40,043 bases of DNA, taken from positions 1 to 40,043 of IMG/VR virus record IMGVR_UViG_3300034079_000006; one strand, 5' to 3'. Shown in pieces: positions 17,747 to 26,461 of this stretch; position 1 is the first letter of the stretch; each line of letters starts with the position of its first letter. The translations under genes were made by a program, and so were the position numbers. This stretch comes from a virus (Duplodnaviria > Caudoviricetes). The notes under the pieces were generated by a model. That model was not told the origin of the DNA. It made no database searches and was given only the letters and a program-made list of their open reading frames with translations.

Positions 17747-17857
17747 CTCCTAAAAAATGGTGAGGTTTTGCGATTGCTCGCGCTATCTCACCAATTTCAG
17801 GAGGCGGGGCCTGTCAATACTCGCGTTTTACGCCTGCGGACGGCTGTATTGGACGGC
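17747..17857 (-). promoter_or_regulatory. Structured 5' leader of the coat gene; the long stem includes the SD
   Basis: Minus strand CTCCT-GAAAT-TGGTGAG...CTCACCA-TTTTTT-AGGAG-CCAATC-ATG, plus an upstream imperfect hairpin at 17809-17857. Confidence 0.55.
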
Positions 17858-17878
17858 TAAAGGCATCCAATGTCTAAA

Positions 17879-18067
17879 TTATGCCTTATTTCCGGCTCCG
17901 TCAACAATTATTTTCGACTCTGCTACCGCACTCTGCCTCCCAAGCATTTTTGCAATTTTCTTTCTTTGCTTTTGCTTTTCCTTAATAAATTCTCCATATC
18001 TTGAAAGCCCATGAATAAGCTCTTCAAAGCATTTCAATTCATATTTGGTAAATTTGATTGCAGGCAT
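17879..18067 (-). CDS. Hypothetical basic protein (AT-rich insertion between scaffold and coat)
   Basis: MPAIKFTKYELKCFEELIHGL...; starts 1 nt after the scaffold stop. Confidence 0.55.
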   Translation of the reverse strand: MPAIKFTKYELKCFEELIHGLSRYGEFIKEKQKQRKKIAKMLGRQSAVAESKIIVDGAGNKA

Positions 18068-18068
18068 A

Positions 18069-18914
18069 TCATCCCCGTTTTTGCTTCTTGTATGCAATAA
18101 CTTTGCTGTAATCGCCTGATTTTTCTGCGTCTGACCGTAATTTTTCCAAGGTCGAGCCGGTCACGCCTGAGATTTTGCCACTGCCGGTTACTGTCTTTTC
18201 AGGAGAAAGTGTAGGTTTTTTGGGTGCTGTTTTCAATTGAGTCTCCAATCTTGCGACGGCAAATGTGAATTTAACGGGATCGATGATGGAAGCAAGCTCT
18301 TTGGCTTTGTCTGGGTTCTTACCCAGCGCATATACCACCAGGGCCGGATTTGTTGCACCTTGCAGGATGATGCCCTGCTGCGTTACAGACAAAACCTCAC
18401 GCGCCACATCCTCGGCGTCCTCAAAGTCAGGCACCTTGAGCGATGTCTTGGCTGTACCATAACTATCGAGGCGTTCTTGCCATGCCTTGGCTTGTTCATC
18501 CTGTTGCTTTTTTTGCTCAGCCTCATTGGCTTCGACTTTCTTCTTTGATTCGTACCAGCTTTCCAGGGCTTGCTCGTATTTATCAGAGTCGAAATCATGA
18601 TCTTCAAGGGTCGGCTTCTTACCCAATTGGACTGTCTTTTCAGGCTGAGTCAACTTGGCTTTTAGCTCGCGGTTCTCTCGCTGAAGCTCCCGATTTGTCT
18701 TACGCACTTCACGTACCCAGTCCGGTGCGTGCTGATCTTCCTCTGGCGGTTTCTCTTCGCCAATCGTGACTACGACCTCTTCTGGCGTCTCTTCGGCGGT
18801 TTCCTCTGCTACCTCTTCGTCTTCAACAACCGTATCGGTGCCGCCGGTGTCTTCACCATCATCATCGACCGGCGATTGGAGTCGTGCCATCAGTCCTTGT
18901 TTGCGTAGATTCAT
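18069..18914 (-). CDS. Scaffolding protein
   Basis: Acidic N-terminus, helical body, basic C-terminal helix (DYSKVIAYKKQKRG); between portal and coat. Confidence 0.85.
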   Translation of the reverse strand: MNLRKQGLMARLQSPVDDDGEDTGGTDTVVEDEEVAEETAEETPEEVVVTIGEEKPPEEDQHAPDWVREVRKTNRELQRENRELKAKLTQPEKTVQLGKKPTLEDHDFDSDKYEQALESWYESKKKVEANEAEQKKQQDEQAKAWQERLDSYGTAKTSLKVPDFEDAEDVAREVLSVTQQGIILQGATNPALVVYALGKNPDKAKELASIIDPVKFTFAVARLETQLKTAPKKPTLSPEKTVTGSGKISGVTGSTLEKLRSDAEKSGDYSKVIAYKKQKRG

Positions 18915-20976
18915 TTAATACTCCAGTCTCGCCCGTAGATGCGCCGGGCGGTTGCGCGTTCGGCTGCTGGCCGAATTTATCAATAACCTGCATGGCTTGA
19001 TGTTGTTCCATGTCATCAATTTCGGCGGCAATCTGCACCGTCTCTGCTTGTGTCTTTTCGGCATTGGCAATCACCAGCACGGTATCTGCTCTAGCTTTAG
19101 TCGCCTTGGCCTCGGCCTCTTTGGCCGCAGCCTGCAGGTATTCGGTGTTGGCGTCTGGCTTGGCATTGGCCTTGCTTTCTGCCAGTTTCTGCGCTTCTTC
19201 TTCGGTGGGCTTGACAACACCCATGTTCACCAGCTTGTTGCGGAAATAGTCCTGAACATCAGATAAGCCCTCGCCTTCCATGTTCATCATGATCATCGAG
19301 GACAGCACTTGCATGGTTTCCTGATCTGTCGTGACCTGCATCATGCCCGTGAGTGCCCTAACGGTCGCCTGGCGCTTGCTGGAGCTGCTCGGGCCTACTT
19401 CGGTCGTGATGTCAAAGTTAGCCCCAGTTAGGTCATTGGCTTGGATCGTGGCACCAGTTTCCTTGTCGATCATGGGTTGCATCAACTCCACCATCTCGAC
19501 CTCACCTTGGGCGTTGATTGATTTGACCTTGCGGCCTTTTTCAACAAGAACATCTTTGGCCATGCTCAGCCATACTTCGCCGCTGCGCTTGATTGCTTTG
19601 GCGTGGTTTGACATGTAAATGTAGGTCTGCATGTCGAGCTTATCTTGCACCAGCTCAATTGCTTTACCTGAGATATTGGACACGATCTGCTCGCCAGCCT
19701 GCTGATTGCCCAACAGGTCTCTGATGTCCTGCTCTGTCATTTGCAGCAATGCCGCCATGGCCGGCGGAATATTCGGCACGCGGGTATAGGCCAATGGTCC
19801 CGCTGGCTGTTGCATGCCATCCGGGCCGGTCACTGGGTTGATCAGTAAATACGGATAATTTTTGATATTGTCTTCTTGCCACATTACCTGATGCCCAGCG
19901 ATTTGCTCGGGCGTAATGATTGGCTTTTCGACGCTGGATAGCGCACTTATTTCAGCCAACTTGGACATCTGCATGTTCTTGAGCCGGGATGCATCTACGG
20001 ACAGTCTGACGTGTCCCATGCACCGCTCGATGTTGTCCACATACCATCTCTTACCATAAGACACGATGATCGGGATATGCCGACCTGCAATGTATCCACA
20101 GTCTTCCAGGATTCCACCGCCACTCATGATGTACTTGCGTACCTTGCGGCGCTTCACTTTCTTTTCGCGTACCAATTTGCTGCCAATGGCGTCCAGCTTC
20201 GCGGCAAGTTCTTCGCTCCATGCAGACTCTTGATAGCGGGTTTCCACTCCCTGCAGGTCTTCAAACACGCGCACGGTCTCACTGACTTCCTCAACTTTAT
20301 ACATCTCTGCGACAAAAACAACATCAGGAGATGCCCAGTCAAATTCGGACTGTTGCACCACCTTTGGCCATGATGCCGGGTTATCGTCGTATTCTTCCTC
20401 ATACGCGCCCCGGCTCATGGATCGCAGCACATAGCAGCGCTTGGCATCCGCTTTGTCTTGGCGCTTGGCGTCGAGGTCAAAAAATACAGAGTTGTCAGCG
20501 TCGGTGATTGGCTCGATGCAGATTTTCAGGTAATCATTCTCATCATCTTCATCATCGTCATAGTCAGCTCTGAGTCTCCAAGCCCCCATGCCACCGCCTA
20601 CAGCCTCCTCAAATGCGTTGTCATACGCTTCTTCCGCACCGCTGTCCTGTTCATTCGCCCGATACATTGCAGCGCAGACATCGGCCAGCGCATCGTTCTT
20701 TTTGCCGGTCTTGCTGACAAAATTTACTGTAACGCGGTTGTTACGGTACTCATTGATGATGCGAATTACCGCCAAATGAGTCTTATTGAACTCATATCGC
20801 GGCTTGTTCTCGAATTGCTCGCCTAACTTTCCCTCCCACATTGCGCCAGGCACAGAGTAAAAGCGCCGGTCTTTCAGGCACTGCAATCGTTCATCACGGT
20901 ACGCCGCCTGGATCTGGTCGAATTCCCGCAGCGCCTCGGCGTGGATTTCCTGCAATTTCTGTGAGTTTGATGCCAT
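18862..20976 (-). CDS. Portal protein, P22 gp1-like
   Basis: 704 aa; AYDNAFEEAVGGGMGAWR, SVFFDLDAKRQDKADAKRC, EVGPSSSSKRQATV motifs; follows TerL. Confidence 0.92.
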   Translation of the reverse strand: MASNSQKLQEIHAEALREFDQIQAAYRDERLQCLKDRRFYSVPGAMWEGKLGEQFENKPRYEFNKTHLAVIRIINEYRNNRVTVNFVSKTGKKNDALADVCAAMYRANEQDSGAEEAYDNAFEEAVGGGMGAWRLRADYDDDEDDENDYLKICIEPITDADNSVFFDLDAKRQDKADAKRCYVLRSMSRGAYEEEYDDNPASWPKVVQQSEFDWASPDVVFVAEMYKVEEVSETVRVFEDLQGVETRYQESAWSEELAAKLDAIGSKLVREKKVKRRKVRKYIMSGGGILEDCGYIAGRHIPIIVSYGKRWYVDNIERCMGHVRLSVDASRLKNMQMSKLAEISALSSVEKPIITPEQIAGHQVMWQEDNIKNYPYLLINPVTGPDGMQQPAGPLAYTRVPNIPPAMAALLQMTEQDIRDLLGNQQAGEQIVSNISGKAIELVQDKLDMQTYIYMSNHAKAIKRSGEVWLSMAKDVLVEKGRKVKSINAQGEVEMVELMQPMIDKETGATIQANDLTGANFDITTEVGPSSSSKRQATVRALTGMMQVTTDQETMQVLSSMIMMNMEGEGLSDVQDYFRNKLVNMGVVKPTEEEAQKLAESKANAKPDANTEYLQAAAKEAEAKATKARADTVLVIANAEKTQAETVQIAAEIDDMEQHQAMQVIDKFGQQPNAQPPGASTGETGVLNESTQTRTDGTTPIAGR

Positions 20977-21002
20977 GATTTAGCCTATGTTTTGCGGATT
21001 AT

Positions 21003-22364
21003 CTACCATCGATGCGAAGTGGGCAATGGCATGGCATCTTTCGCATTTGGTTTTGTCGCCACCATTGACGGAAATAGCTCAGCCATAGCCCATACGTGAG
21101 CGTCTGCCCGATTTGGAGAGCCTGGGCCTGTGTAACCTGATGTCGAAAAGGCACATAACTCGTCTTCAAGTTCAGGGAATATGCCAACATGGCGCACCTT
21201 CCCATGCTCATAGAGCGCGCTGAACGGTTCTGCCCGCTGGCTCTTACCTCGGCTTGCAGTCACAGCCTTAAATGGCGGCATCCTGATCTCAAGCTTTGCT
21301 GCTGCCGCCTGAACCGTGCTTTTCACCATTCCGCCACCGAAGTTAGTCTCTCCGACGATCAGGTCTGCACCATGCCGGGTGAATGCATCAACTGCCACGC
21401 GGCCCCATGTCGATGGCCCACCTTTCACAGTCAGGTCTTCCAGTAAATACGCCTTGCCATCAGTACCAAGAGCGTCCACCACGATGCCAATTTCGTCATT
21501 ATCTACATTCGACTCATCGTCTCCAGCTCCGCTCGGGTCAACACTTACCACGATCCGCACAAAGTCAGGAACAATGCCATCAGTCACGCGCCATGCGTCG
21601 ATGTGCTCTTCAGAAAATAGGGCGTTGGGCGTGGCGTCCGCGAACTCTCCATCCTCAAAACGTCTTCGCATGCGACCGCTCAACATTGACAGGCTTTCCA
21701 GGTATTCAGGCGACAGATTGGCCTGATTGTCGCGTGGGTTCATCTGAAAACTGACAAAATTGTCAGGAGATTTCAGCGGTTCTTTTGTGTCTGGATCAAC
21801 CTTTTGCCTAAAAACCTTAAAAGTCCAATGCGCTTTGCTGGGGGGATTGCAGTCATATAGCATGCGCGGCTTAAGCAGCCTTTCCTGTGCGCCTTGCATG
21901 ACCTGCATTACGCGCTGTGCCAATCGCGTTACCAGAATCTGCACACCAGCCCACGATATTTGTGAGCACTCGTTCAAATAAATCGTCGCGTATTCAGCTC
22001 CGAGAATTTTCTCCATGCGGTCGCTGTCATCCAACCCGCCGAACCAAATCTCAGAGCTACCCGGCAATGTCACATACCAGTCCGTGCGGTTCAAATCCCA
22101 GTGTTCGCCCTTGATCAGTTCTGGAAAGCACAGCTTCATTACCTTCGGAAATGTATCCAGAATAATGGACTGTTTAACGTGGTTGAAGCGGAACCTAACA
22201 ATCAGATGGCGCGAGCCTGGTGCCTTCAATGCGCGTGTGACAATGTTTCTAACATGAAGAAACGTCTTTCCGCTTCGCCCGCCACCAAATAGCATCACAT
22301 GCGTTGCACCGCCTGCCGCTACCTTGAGCGCTTCATTTTGCTTTGCCGTGAATGAAAAGCTCAC
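21003..22364 (-). CDS. terL: Terminase large subunit
   Basis: Walker A GGGRSGKT, Walker B IYLNE, DCNP, nuclease VSVDPS and PNRADA motifs. Confidence 0.93.
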   Translation of the reverse strand: MSFSFTAKQNEALKVAAGGATHVMLFGGGRSGKTFLHVRNIVTRALKAPGSRHLIVRFRFNHVKQSIILDTFPKVMKLCFPELIKGEHWDLNRTDWYVTLPGSSEIWFGGLDDSDRMEKILGAEYATIYLNECSQISWAGVQILVTRLAQRVMQVMQGAQERLLKPRMLYDCNPPSKAHWTFKVFRQKVDPDTKEPLKSPDNFVSFQMNPRDNQANLSPEYLESLSMLSGRMRRRFEDGEFADATPNALFSEEHIDAWRVTDGIVPDFVRIVVSVDPSGAGDDESNVDNDEIGIVVDALGTDGKAYLLEDLTVKGGPSTWGRVAVDAFTRHGADLIVGETNFGGGMVKSTVQAAAAKLEIRMPPFKAVTASRGKSQRAEPFSALYEHGKVRHVGIFPELEDELCAFSTSGYTGPGSPNRADAHVWAMAELFPSMVATKPNAKDAMPLPTSHRW

Positions 22365-22882
22365 AAATCCTCGTCTTGTGGCGTCATGCTGATCGTAACG
22401 CCTACCGTGCTTTTCACTTCAGACCGATCAACAAACATCCCCAAATGACGCGCCACGCTGTCAAGCGCTCCCTTTTTATCAATGAATTTGATCTTACTCA
22501 CGTCAGCCATCGCCTCACGATCACCATCTTTGCTGCGCTCTGTTGTTACTTCCATTCCAGCCAGTGCAGCAGCCACATCAGCCGGGAGCAACGGAACGGG
22601 AATCAAGCCGCCATGTTCGTCGTAAAACCGGCGCGGGTCCAGAAATGCTAATTTTGCATACTCCTGCAGCACCCTATCCTGTGTTATTTCTGTTCGCTTT
22701 TCTCGATCCTTTATGCGAGTTTGAATATAAGAGGAAACCTTAGCACCACTTAGTAATCTAGATGCGTTTACCTCTGCTGTATTTCCGGTCCCAGCATACC
22801 CAGCCCGCTTGTAAGATGCGGTTGCATTGAGATCGATAAGATACTCATCTGCGAATCGCTGCTGTTTAGGTGTTAGTGCCAT
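22361..22882 (-). CDS. terS: Terminase small subunit
   Basis: LTPKQQRFADEYLIDLNATASYKRAGY...ASRLL...DKKGALDSVARHLGMF. Confidence 0.93.
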   Translation of the reverse strand: MALTPKQQRFADEYLIDLNATASYKRAGYAGTGNTAEVNASRLLSGAKVSSYIQTRIKDREKRTEITQDRVLQEYAKLAFLDPRRFYDEHGGLIPVPLLPADVAAALAGMEVTTERSKDGDREAMADVSKIKFIDKKGALDSVARHLGMFVDRSEVKSTVGVTISMTPQDEDL

Positions 22883-22887
22883 GACAC

Positions 22888-22916
22888 ATTGTAATAAAAC
22901 TACGCGTCCATTGCAT
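22888..22916 (-). promoter_or_regulatory. Putative sigma70 promoter giving a leaderless terS transcript
   Basis: ATGCAA-17 bp-TACAAT-GTGTC-ATG; no SD before terS. Confidence 0.45.
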
Positions 22917-22950
22917 CAATTACAAGCAGTGCGCCATCCGCCGTAAACCA

Positions 22951-23226
22951 TTACCGTGCTGCAGATTGTTTGCGATAGGCCCGGACCCATGATATGAAGC
23001 GCTTAAACAAGGTTGTTTTTAGTGGCGAAGGGATAAAGTTGTTTTGTTCGTCAGCGGTTCCGCCCCAAAAGTTGCACATTGCCTCTTGCTCTCCGTTTGT
23101 CAATGGTCCGCGCTGATGCATGCCTTCCGCCGCTTCAGCTTGAAGCTTCTCCATTTCTTCGTTGCTTATAGCGCGCATTCCTTCAGCTTGTCGGCGCATG
23201 ATTTCTTGTCGTTGAGCATTATTCAT
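22951..23226 (-). CDS. Hypothetical protein
   Basis: 91-aa ORF with AGGAG RBS. Confidence 0.65.
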   Translation of the reverse strand: MNNAQRQEIMRRQAEGMRAISNEEMEKLQAEAAEGMHQRGPLTNGEQEAMCNFWGGTADEQNNFIPSPLKTTLFKRFISWVRAYRKQSAAR

Positions 23227-23253
23227 GCTGTTCTCCTGTGATGATTAATGATT

Positions 23254-23469
23254 TCATAATTTACTTTCTGTTGGTAAATCTTTGTGTTTGCAGCCTACAC
23301 ACTGCGTATCATTGTAGCGGTCATCAGCTTGGTACTGGCAGGTTTTCGTCATCGGATCGGGAATAATCACTATGCGCGGCGTTCGGGTATCGCCTGATTG
23401 ATCCCAACCGTCCTGCACCATGACTCTGCTTTTCAGTGGCGCGCGATCAAAGCAGCCGTTCTTTCTCAT
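23254..23469 (-). CDS. Hypothetical Cys-containing protein
   Basis: MRKNGCFDRAP...CQY...CVGC; ATGA overlap with ninB. Confidence 0.65.
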   Translation of the reverse strand: MRKNGCFDRAPLKSRVMVQDGWDQSGDTRTPRIVIIPDPMTKTCQYQADDRYNDTQCVGCKHKDLPTESKL

Positions 23470-23876
23470 GCGGCCTCCCTCGCTGGTGATTTGTAAACAG
23501 GAGTCACACCCGATTGCGCGGCCATTGCGACCAAATACTCCATCCACTCAGAAAACACTTTCTTGCCCATCTTTGACGTGCGCTGCGGCATCATGATCAC
23601 GCGGCCGTCGAATGCAGCCATTCGCATCTCGCCATTCCAGCAAGCGGTGAGCACATCTTTCCAGTCATCGTTTGTGACCCACTCCATCGCGCCATTGATG
23701 CAAAGCTGTTTCTGTTTTGCGAAGCCTTCAAGGTATGGCCATTGGGCGGCGTTCTGCTCTAGCGTTCTGTTTTCCGGCGAGATCACGACACGGCTGTTGT
23801 CGTCGGCATCCCATACCTCGGCCTGGCAACGGCGGCGGATGTCTTCGGAGCGCAGGATAAAAATGCGCTTGCTCAT
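23466..23876 (-). CDS. ninB: NinB-family recombination protein
   Basis: RTLEQNA...DDWKDVLTA...RTSKMGKKVFSEWMEYL pattern. Confidence 0.85.
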   Translation of the reverse strand: MSKRIFILRSEDIRRRCQAEVWDADDNSRVVISPENRTLEQNAAQWPYLEGFAKQKQLCINGAMEWVTNDDWKDVLTACWNGEMRMAAFDGRVIMMPQRTSKMGKKVFSEWMEYLVAMAAQSGVTPVYKSPAREAA

Positions 23877-24157
23877 ACGAAAACCTCAAGCTCAAGCCGT
23901 TCAGCAATGTGCGCCTCAAGTGTTGCGCCCTTGCTTTTCTGCCATCCCTCAAGCAAGTGGATGGCGTCGCACGTCACCAGGGCGGCAATGTCGGTCTTCA
24001 TGCAGTCATGCCAACTCATGCTGGCGTCAGGGTTGATTTCTGCCGGATTAATCGCATCGTGGCCAAGCGCACGGATGCGGGTAGCTGCGGCGTGAAAAGC
24101 GGGAAAGTTAAGTTCTTCAAAACCCGTCATCGGGCCTGCGATGTAAATTCTTTTCAA
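23873..24157 (-). CDS. DUF4406-family protein
   Basis: RIYIAGPMTGFEELNFPAF...INPA...CDAIHLLEGWQKSKGATLEAHIA; TTG start overlapping the upstream TGA. Confidence 0.85.
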   Translation of the reverse strand: MKRIYIAGPMTGFEELNFPAFHAAATRIRALGHDAINPAEINPDASMSWHDCMKTDIAALVTCDAIHLLEGWQKSKGATLEAHIAERLELEVFV

Positions 24158-24438
24158 AGCAATTCCCCTTGTGCTGTCTGTGCTGCTTGCTTTTGTGCCT
24201 GGCGAACTGCAGCCCACTTCGCATCCTTTTCTTTTTCCTCGCGCTTGATCACGTCCGATCGGACAAGCGGCTGACCCTTCTCGTGATAGGCGATCTTGTA
24301 TTGGTGGCCGTTGTAAGTGCAGCCGCTTGAGTGGCTTGCCAGGCTCAATTGCGTGTTCACCCAGCCGTAAATGCGCTCGGGTGGCTCGGGGTTGATCAGC
24401 CTGTCAATGGCGGCTAGGTCTTGGGGTGTGGCGGTCAT
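24154..24438 (-). CDS. Hypothetical protein
   Basis: 94-aa ORF coupled at both ends. Confidence 0.65.
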   Translation of the reverse strand: MTATPQDLAAIDRLINPEPPERIYGWVNTQLSLASHSSGCTYNGHQYKIAYHEKGQPLVRSDVIKREEKEKDAKWAAVRQAQKQAAQTAQGELL

Positions 24439-25004
24439 GCCAATTGCTCCTTGAGTGCTTTTGCCTTATCCATGTACTTGCGCTTGATCGCCTTGAGGTC
24501 GTCTATCGTGTATTTCCGTGGCGTCTGGTCAGTCTCCAGCTCACGAACGGCCTCAAGCCCTATGCGCTCGATCAAACCGTAGCGATAACCAACCACGTTG
24601 CCGCTTGCATACCGGTTGTCGTGCTTTGATTGCGCGTGACAGTTCCGTTCGTCAAAACGTAAATGGGGGGCTGAACCTCGTGAACGATAGTGACCTGCAT
24701 CTACTGCGTTTCCAGCCCAGTCAAGCTGCTTCCCGCTGGATATGCAGGCGTGTCCGGCATGTCGATCCCTTAAACGGATGAACAAATTGAATGCGGATTG
24801 CGCCTCTGCCATCCAGTCGCCGCGCTTTTTCAGGATCTCGCGCTTTTCATTATCAGCCCGGCGCTCTTTGACCTTCGCCACTTTTTCAGCCTTGCCGCGC
24901 TCACTGACAGCCATCGAAATCGCGCATTCTGGGCTGCACACTTTCTGGCCCATCTTTTGCGGGGCGAAAATCTTCTTGCAAACCTTGCATTTTTTTGCTT
25001 TCAT
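24435..25004 (-). CDS. ninG: NinG/Rap-family endonuclease
   Basis: KKCKVC...AQSAFNLFIRLRD...CISSG...DAGHYRSRGSAPHLRFDERNCHAQ. Confidence 0.9.
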   Translation of the reverse strand: MKAKKCKVCKKIFAPQKMGQKVCSPECAISMAVSERGKAEKVAKVKERRADNEKREILKKRGDWMAEAQSAFNLFIRLRDRHAGHACISSGKQLDWAGNAVDAGHYRSRGSAPHLRFDERNCHAQSKHDNRYASGNVVGYRYGLIERIGLEAVRELETDQTPRKYTIDDLKAIKRKYMDKAKALKEQLA

Positions 25005-25162
25005 TTGCGCGGCTCCTTGCAATCATTATCAAACTCGTGCTGCCACAAATCAGCCTCGTCCTGCTGCTGATAGGGATTGCCACGGCTGGGCCAGCCACTG
25101 CGCAGGGCTGCAGCGTCCTGATGGGCTTTTCGGACGATCTCTGCGATTTGTTTGTCAGTCAT
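25001..25162 (-). CDS. Small hypothetical protein (53 aa)
   Basis: MTDKQIAEIVRKAHQDAAA...; ATGA overlaps with the HNH gene upstream and ninG downstream. Confidence 0.6.
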   Translation of the reverse strand: MTDKQIAEIVRKAHQDAAALRSGWPSRGNPYQQQDEADLWQHEFDNDCKEPRK

Positions 25163-25680
25163 TCAGATACCTCCAAGCAGTCGATAGGCTGTTGCGGCTT
25201 GCAATGGGACTTGGGCATTGCCGTAGCCTTTGAGTTGGCCCACCCGATTGGGAATGCCTGTTGCAACGCGCCCGACAGTTGGTTCTTTTGCCCACCATAA
25301 AGCGCTGGCATCCTCCCCGCCACTTCCAGCCCCGTCCGCTTCTGCGCCGTGTGCCAAAAGTCGTGACAGTGCTTGCAAAGAGTCTGGATGTTGTCCGGCT
25401 GGTTGTTCGTCTTGTCCTGATCCACATGGTGTGCGTGAAGCGACTTCGTGTAACCGCAAGCCTCGCAAGCACTTTTCAGGTGTTTCCTTGCCCTGAATGA
25501 GTACCCGTGAACCGTCAGCGTGAATGTGTCCCGTGTGTTCGCGCATGAAAGGCTGCAAAATTCCTGCTTCAAAAACAGTTTCACATCCTGTTTCCGTCCG
25601 TTCGGCATCACTTTTCTGTTGAATTCCGTGCCGCAAGTTTTGCAAATCTTGTTCGGCAGAACTGTTAATGGCATTGGCAT
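25159..25680 (-). CDS. HNH endonuclease nested in the methyltransferase gene (alternative frame)
   Basis: CKTCG...FCSLSC zinc motif; CEACG...HAHHVDQDKTNNQPDNIQTLCKHCHDFWH HNH motif. Confidence 0.85.
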   Translation of the reverse strand: MPMPLTVLPNKICKTCGTEFNRKVMPNGRKQDVKLFLKQEFCSLSCANTRDTFTLTVHGYSFRARKHLKSACEACGYTKSLHAHHVDQDKTNNQPDNIQTLCKHCHDFWHTAQKRTGLEVAGRMPALYGGQKNQLSGALQQAFPIGWANSKATAMPKSHCKPQQPIDCLEVSE

Positions 25681-26461
25681 TTATTTCCCCTTCGCTTGTG
25701 CAAATCCGATTGGAAAACCCATCAACCAACCCACCCAATCCGGGTTCAGTTGTCCACCATTCATTGCGACATCCGAAGTCAAATCTTTCTGCCTCTGAGA
25801 TGGGTAATATTTCCCCGCTGTGTTCTCGCTGTCGTGCGCTCTCGGCGCAAGTGGCGTATTGAAAATCCTCATAACCTGCTCGGGAAGTCGTACTCCACGG
25901 CTCATCTCCATTCTTTTTATCAATGAGGCACCCACTGGCGATCCCTTGTGATCCGTGGCTGTTGGCGTTGGCAAGTAAGAACCATCTGTCTCTGTGATGC
26001 GGCGCTCCGACATCGGATGCGCGTATGCAGAGCCACCTTGTGTCATACCCCAGCGCGGCCAGGTCTCCGAGTACGGTTCCGAGTCCGTTAGAAAGGATTG
26101 CTGATACGTTCTCCAGGAACAACTGCTTTGGTCTAACCACGCCAGCGATGCGCAAGACTTCGCGGTAAAGACCTGATCGGGTTCCCTCAGATACACCTGC
26201 CTGCTTTCCAGCAACGCTAATGTCCTGGCAAGGGAAGCCTGCATGGATGCAATCCACTTTTCCGGTGTACTCGGATGGATCGAACAGTCTGACATCGCCT
26301 TCCCACACGTGCAGGCCGGGAAACCATCCGTCAGCGGCTCGTTCGCGCAAGACGCGGCAGGCGTAGGGTTCCCACTCAACAGCGACAACTGGCTGGTGTC
26401 CGAGAATGAGGTCGGCAAGCAGTCCGCCGCCGATGCCTGCAAACAAGTGCATGGTGCGCAT
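25163..26461 (-). CDS. DNA cytosine-C5 methyltransferase, alpha polypeptide
   Basis: Motif I FAGIGG, IV GFPCQD, VI ENV, VIII GAPHHRDR, X YGNAQVP; motif IX not found in this frame. Confidence 0.9.
   Translation of the reverse strand: MRTMHLFAGIGGGLLADLILGHQPVVAVEWEPYACRVLRERAADGWFPGLHVWEGDVRLFDPSEYTGKVDCIHAGFPCQDISVAGKQAGVSEGTRSGLYREVLRIAGVVRPKQLFLENVSAILSNGLGTVLGDLAALGYDTRWLCIRASDVGAPHHRDRWFLLANANSHGSQGIASGCLIDKKNGDEPWSTTSRAGYEDFQYATCAESARQREHSGEILPISEAERFDFGCRNEWWTTEPGLGGLVDGFSNRICTSEGEINANAINSSAEQDLQNLRHGIQQKSDAERTETGCETVFEAGILQPFMREHTGHIHADGSRVLIQGKETPEKCLRGLRLHEVASRTPCGSGQDEQPAGQHPDSLQALSRLLAHGAEADGAGSGGEDASALWWAKEPTVGRVATGIPNRVGQLKGYGNAQVPLQAATAYRLLGGI

Noticed and set aside
25298-25702. 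Intein or group I intron carrying the HNH
   Set aside because: The HNH is in a different frame from the host alpha protein; no intein terminal motifs or intron core elements were recognised; almost no non-coding space for a ribozyme (RT-PCR would be decisive)
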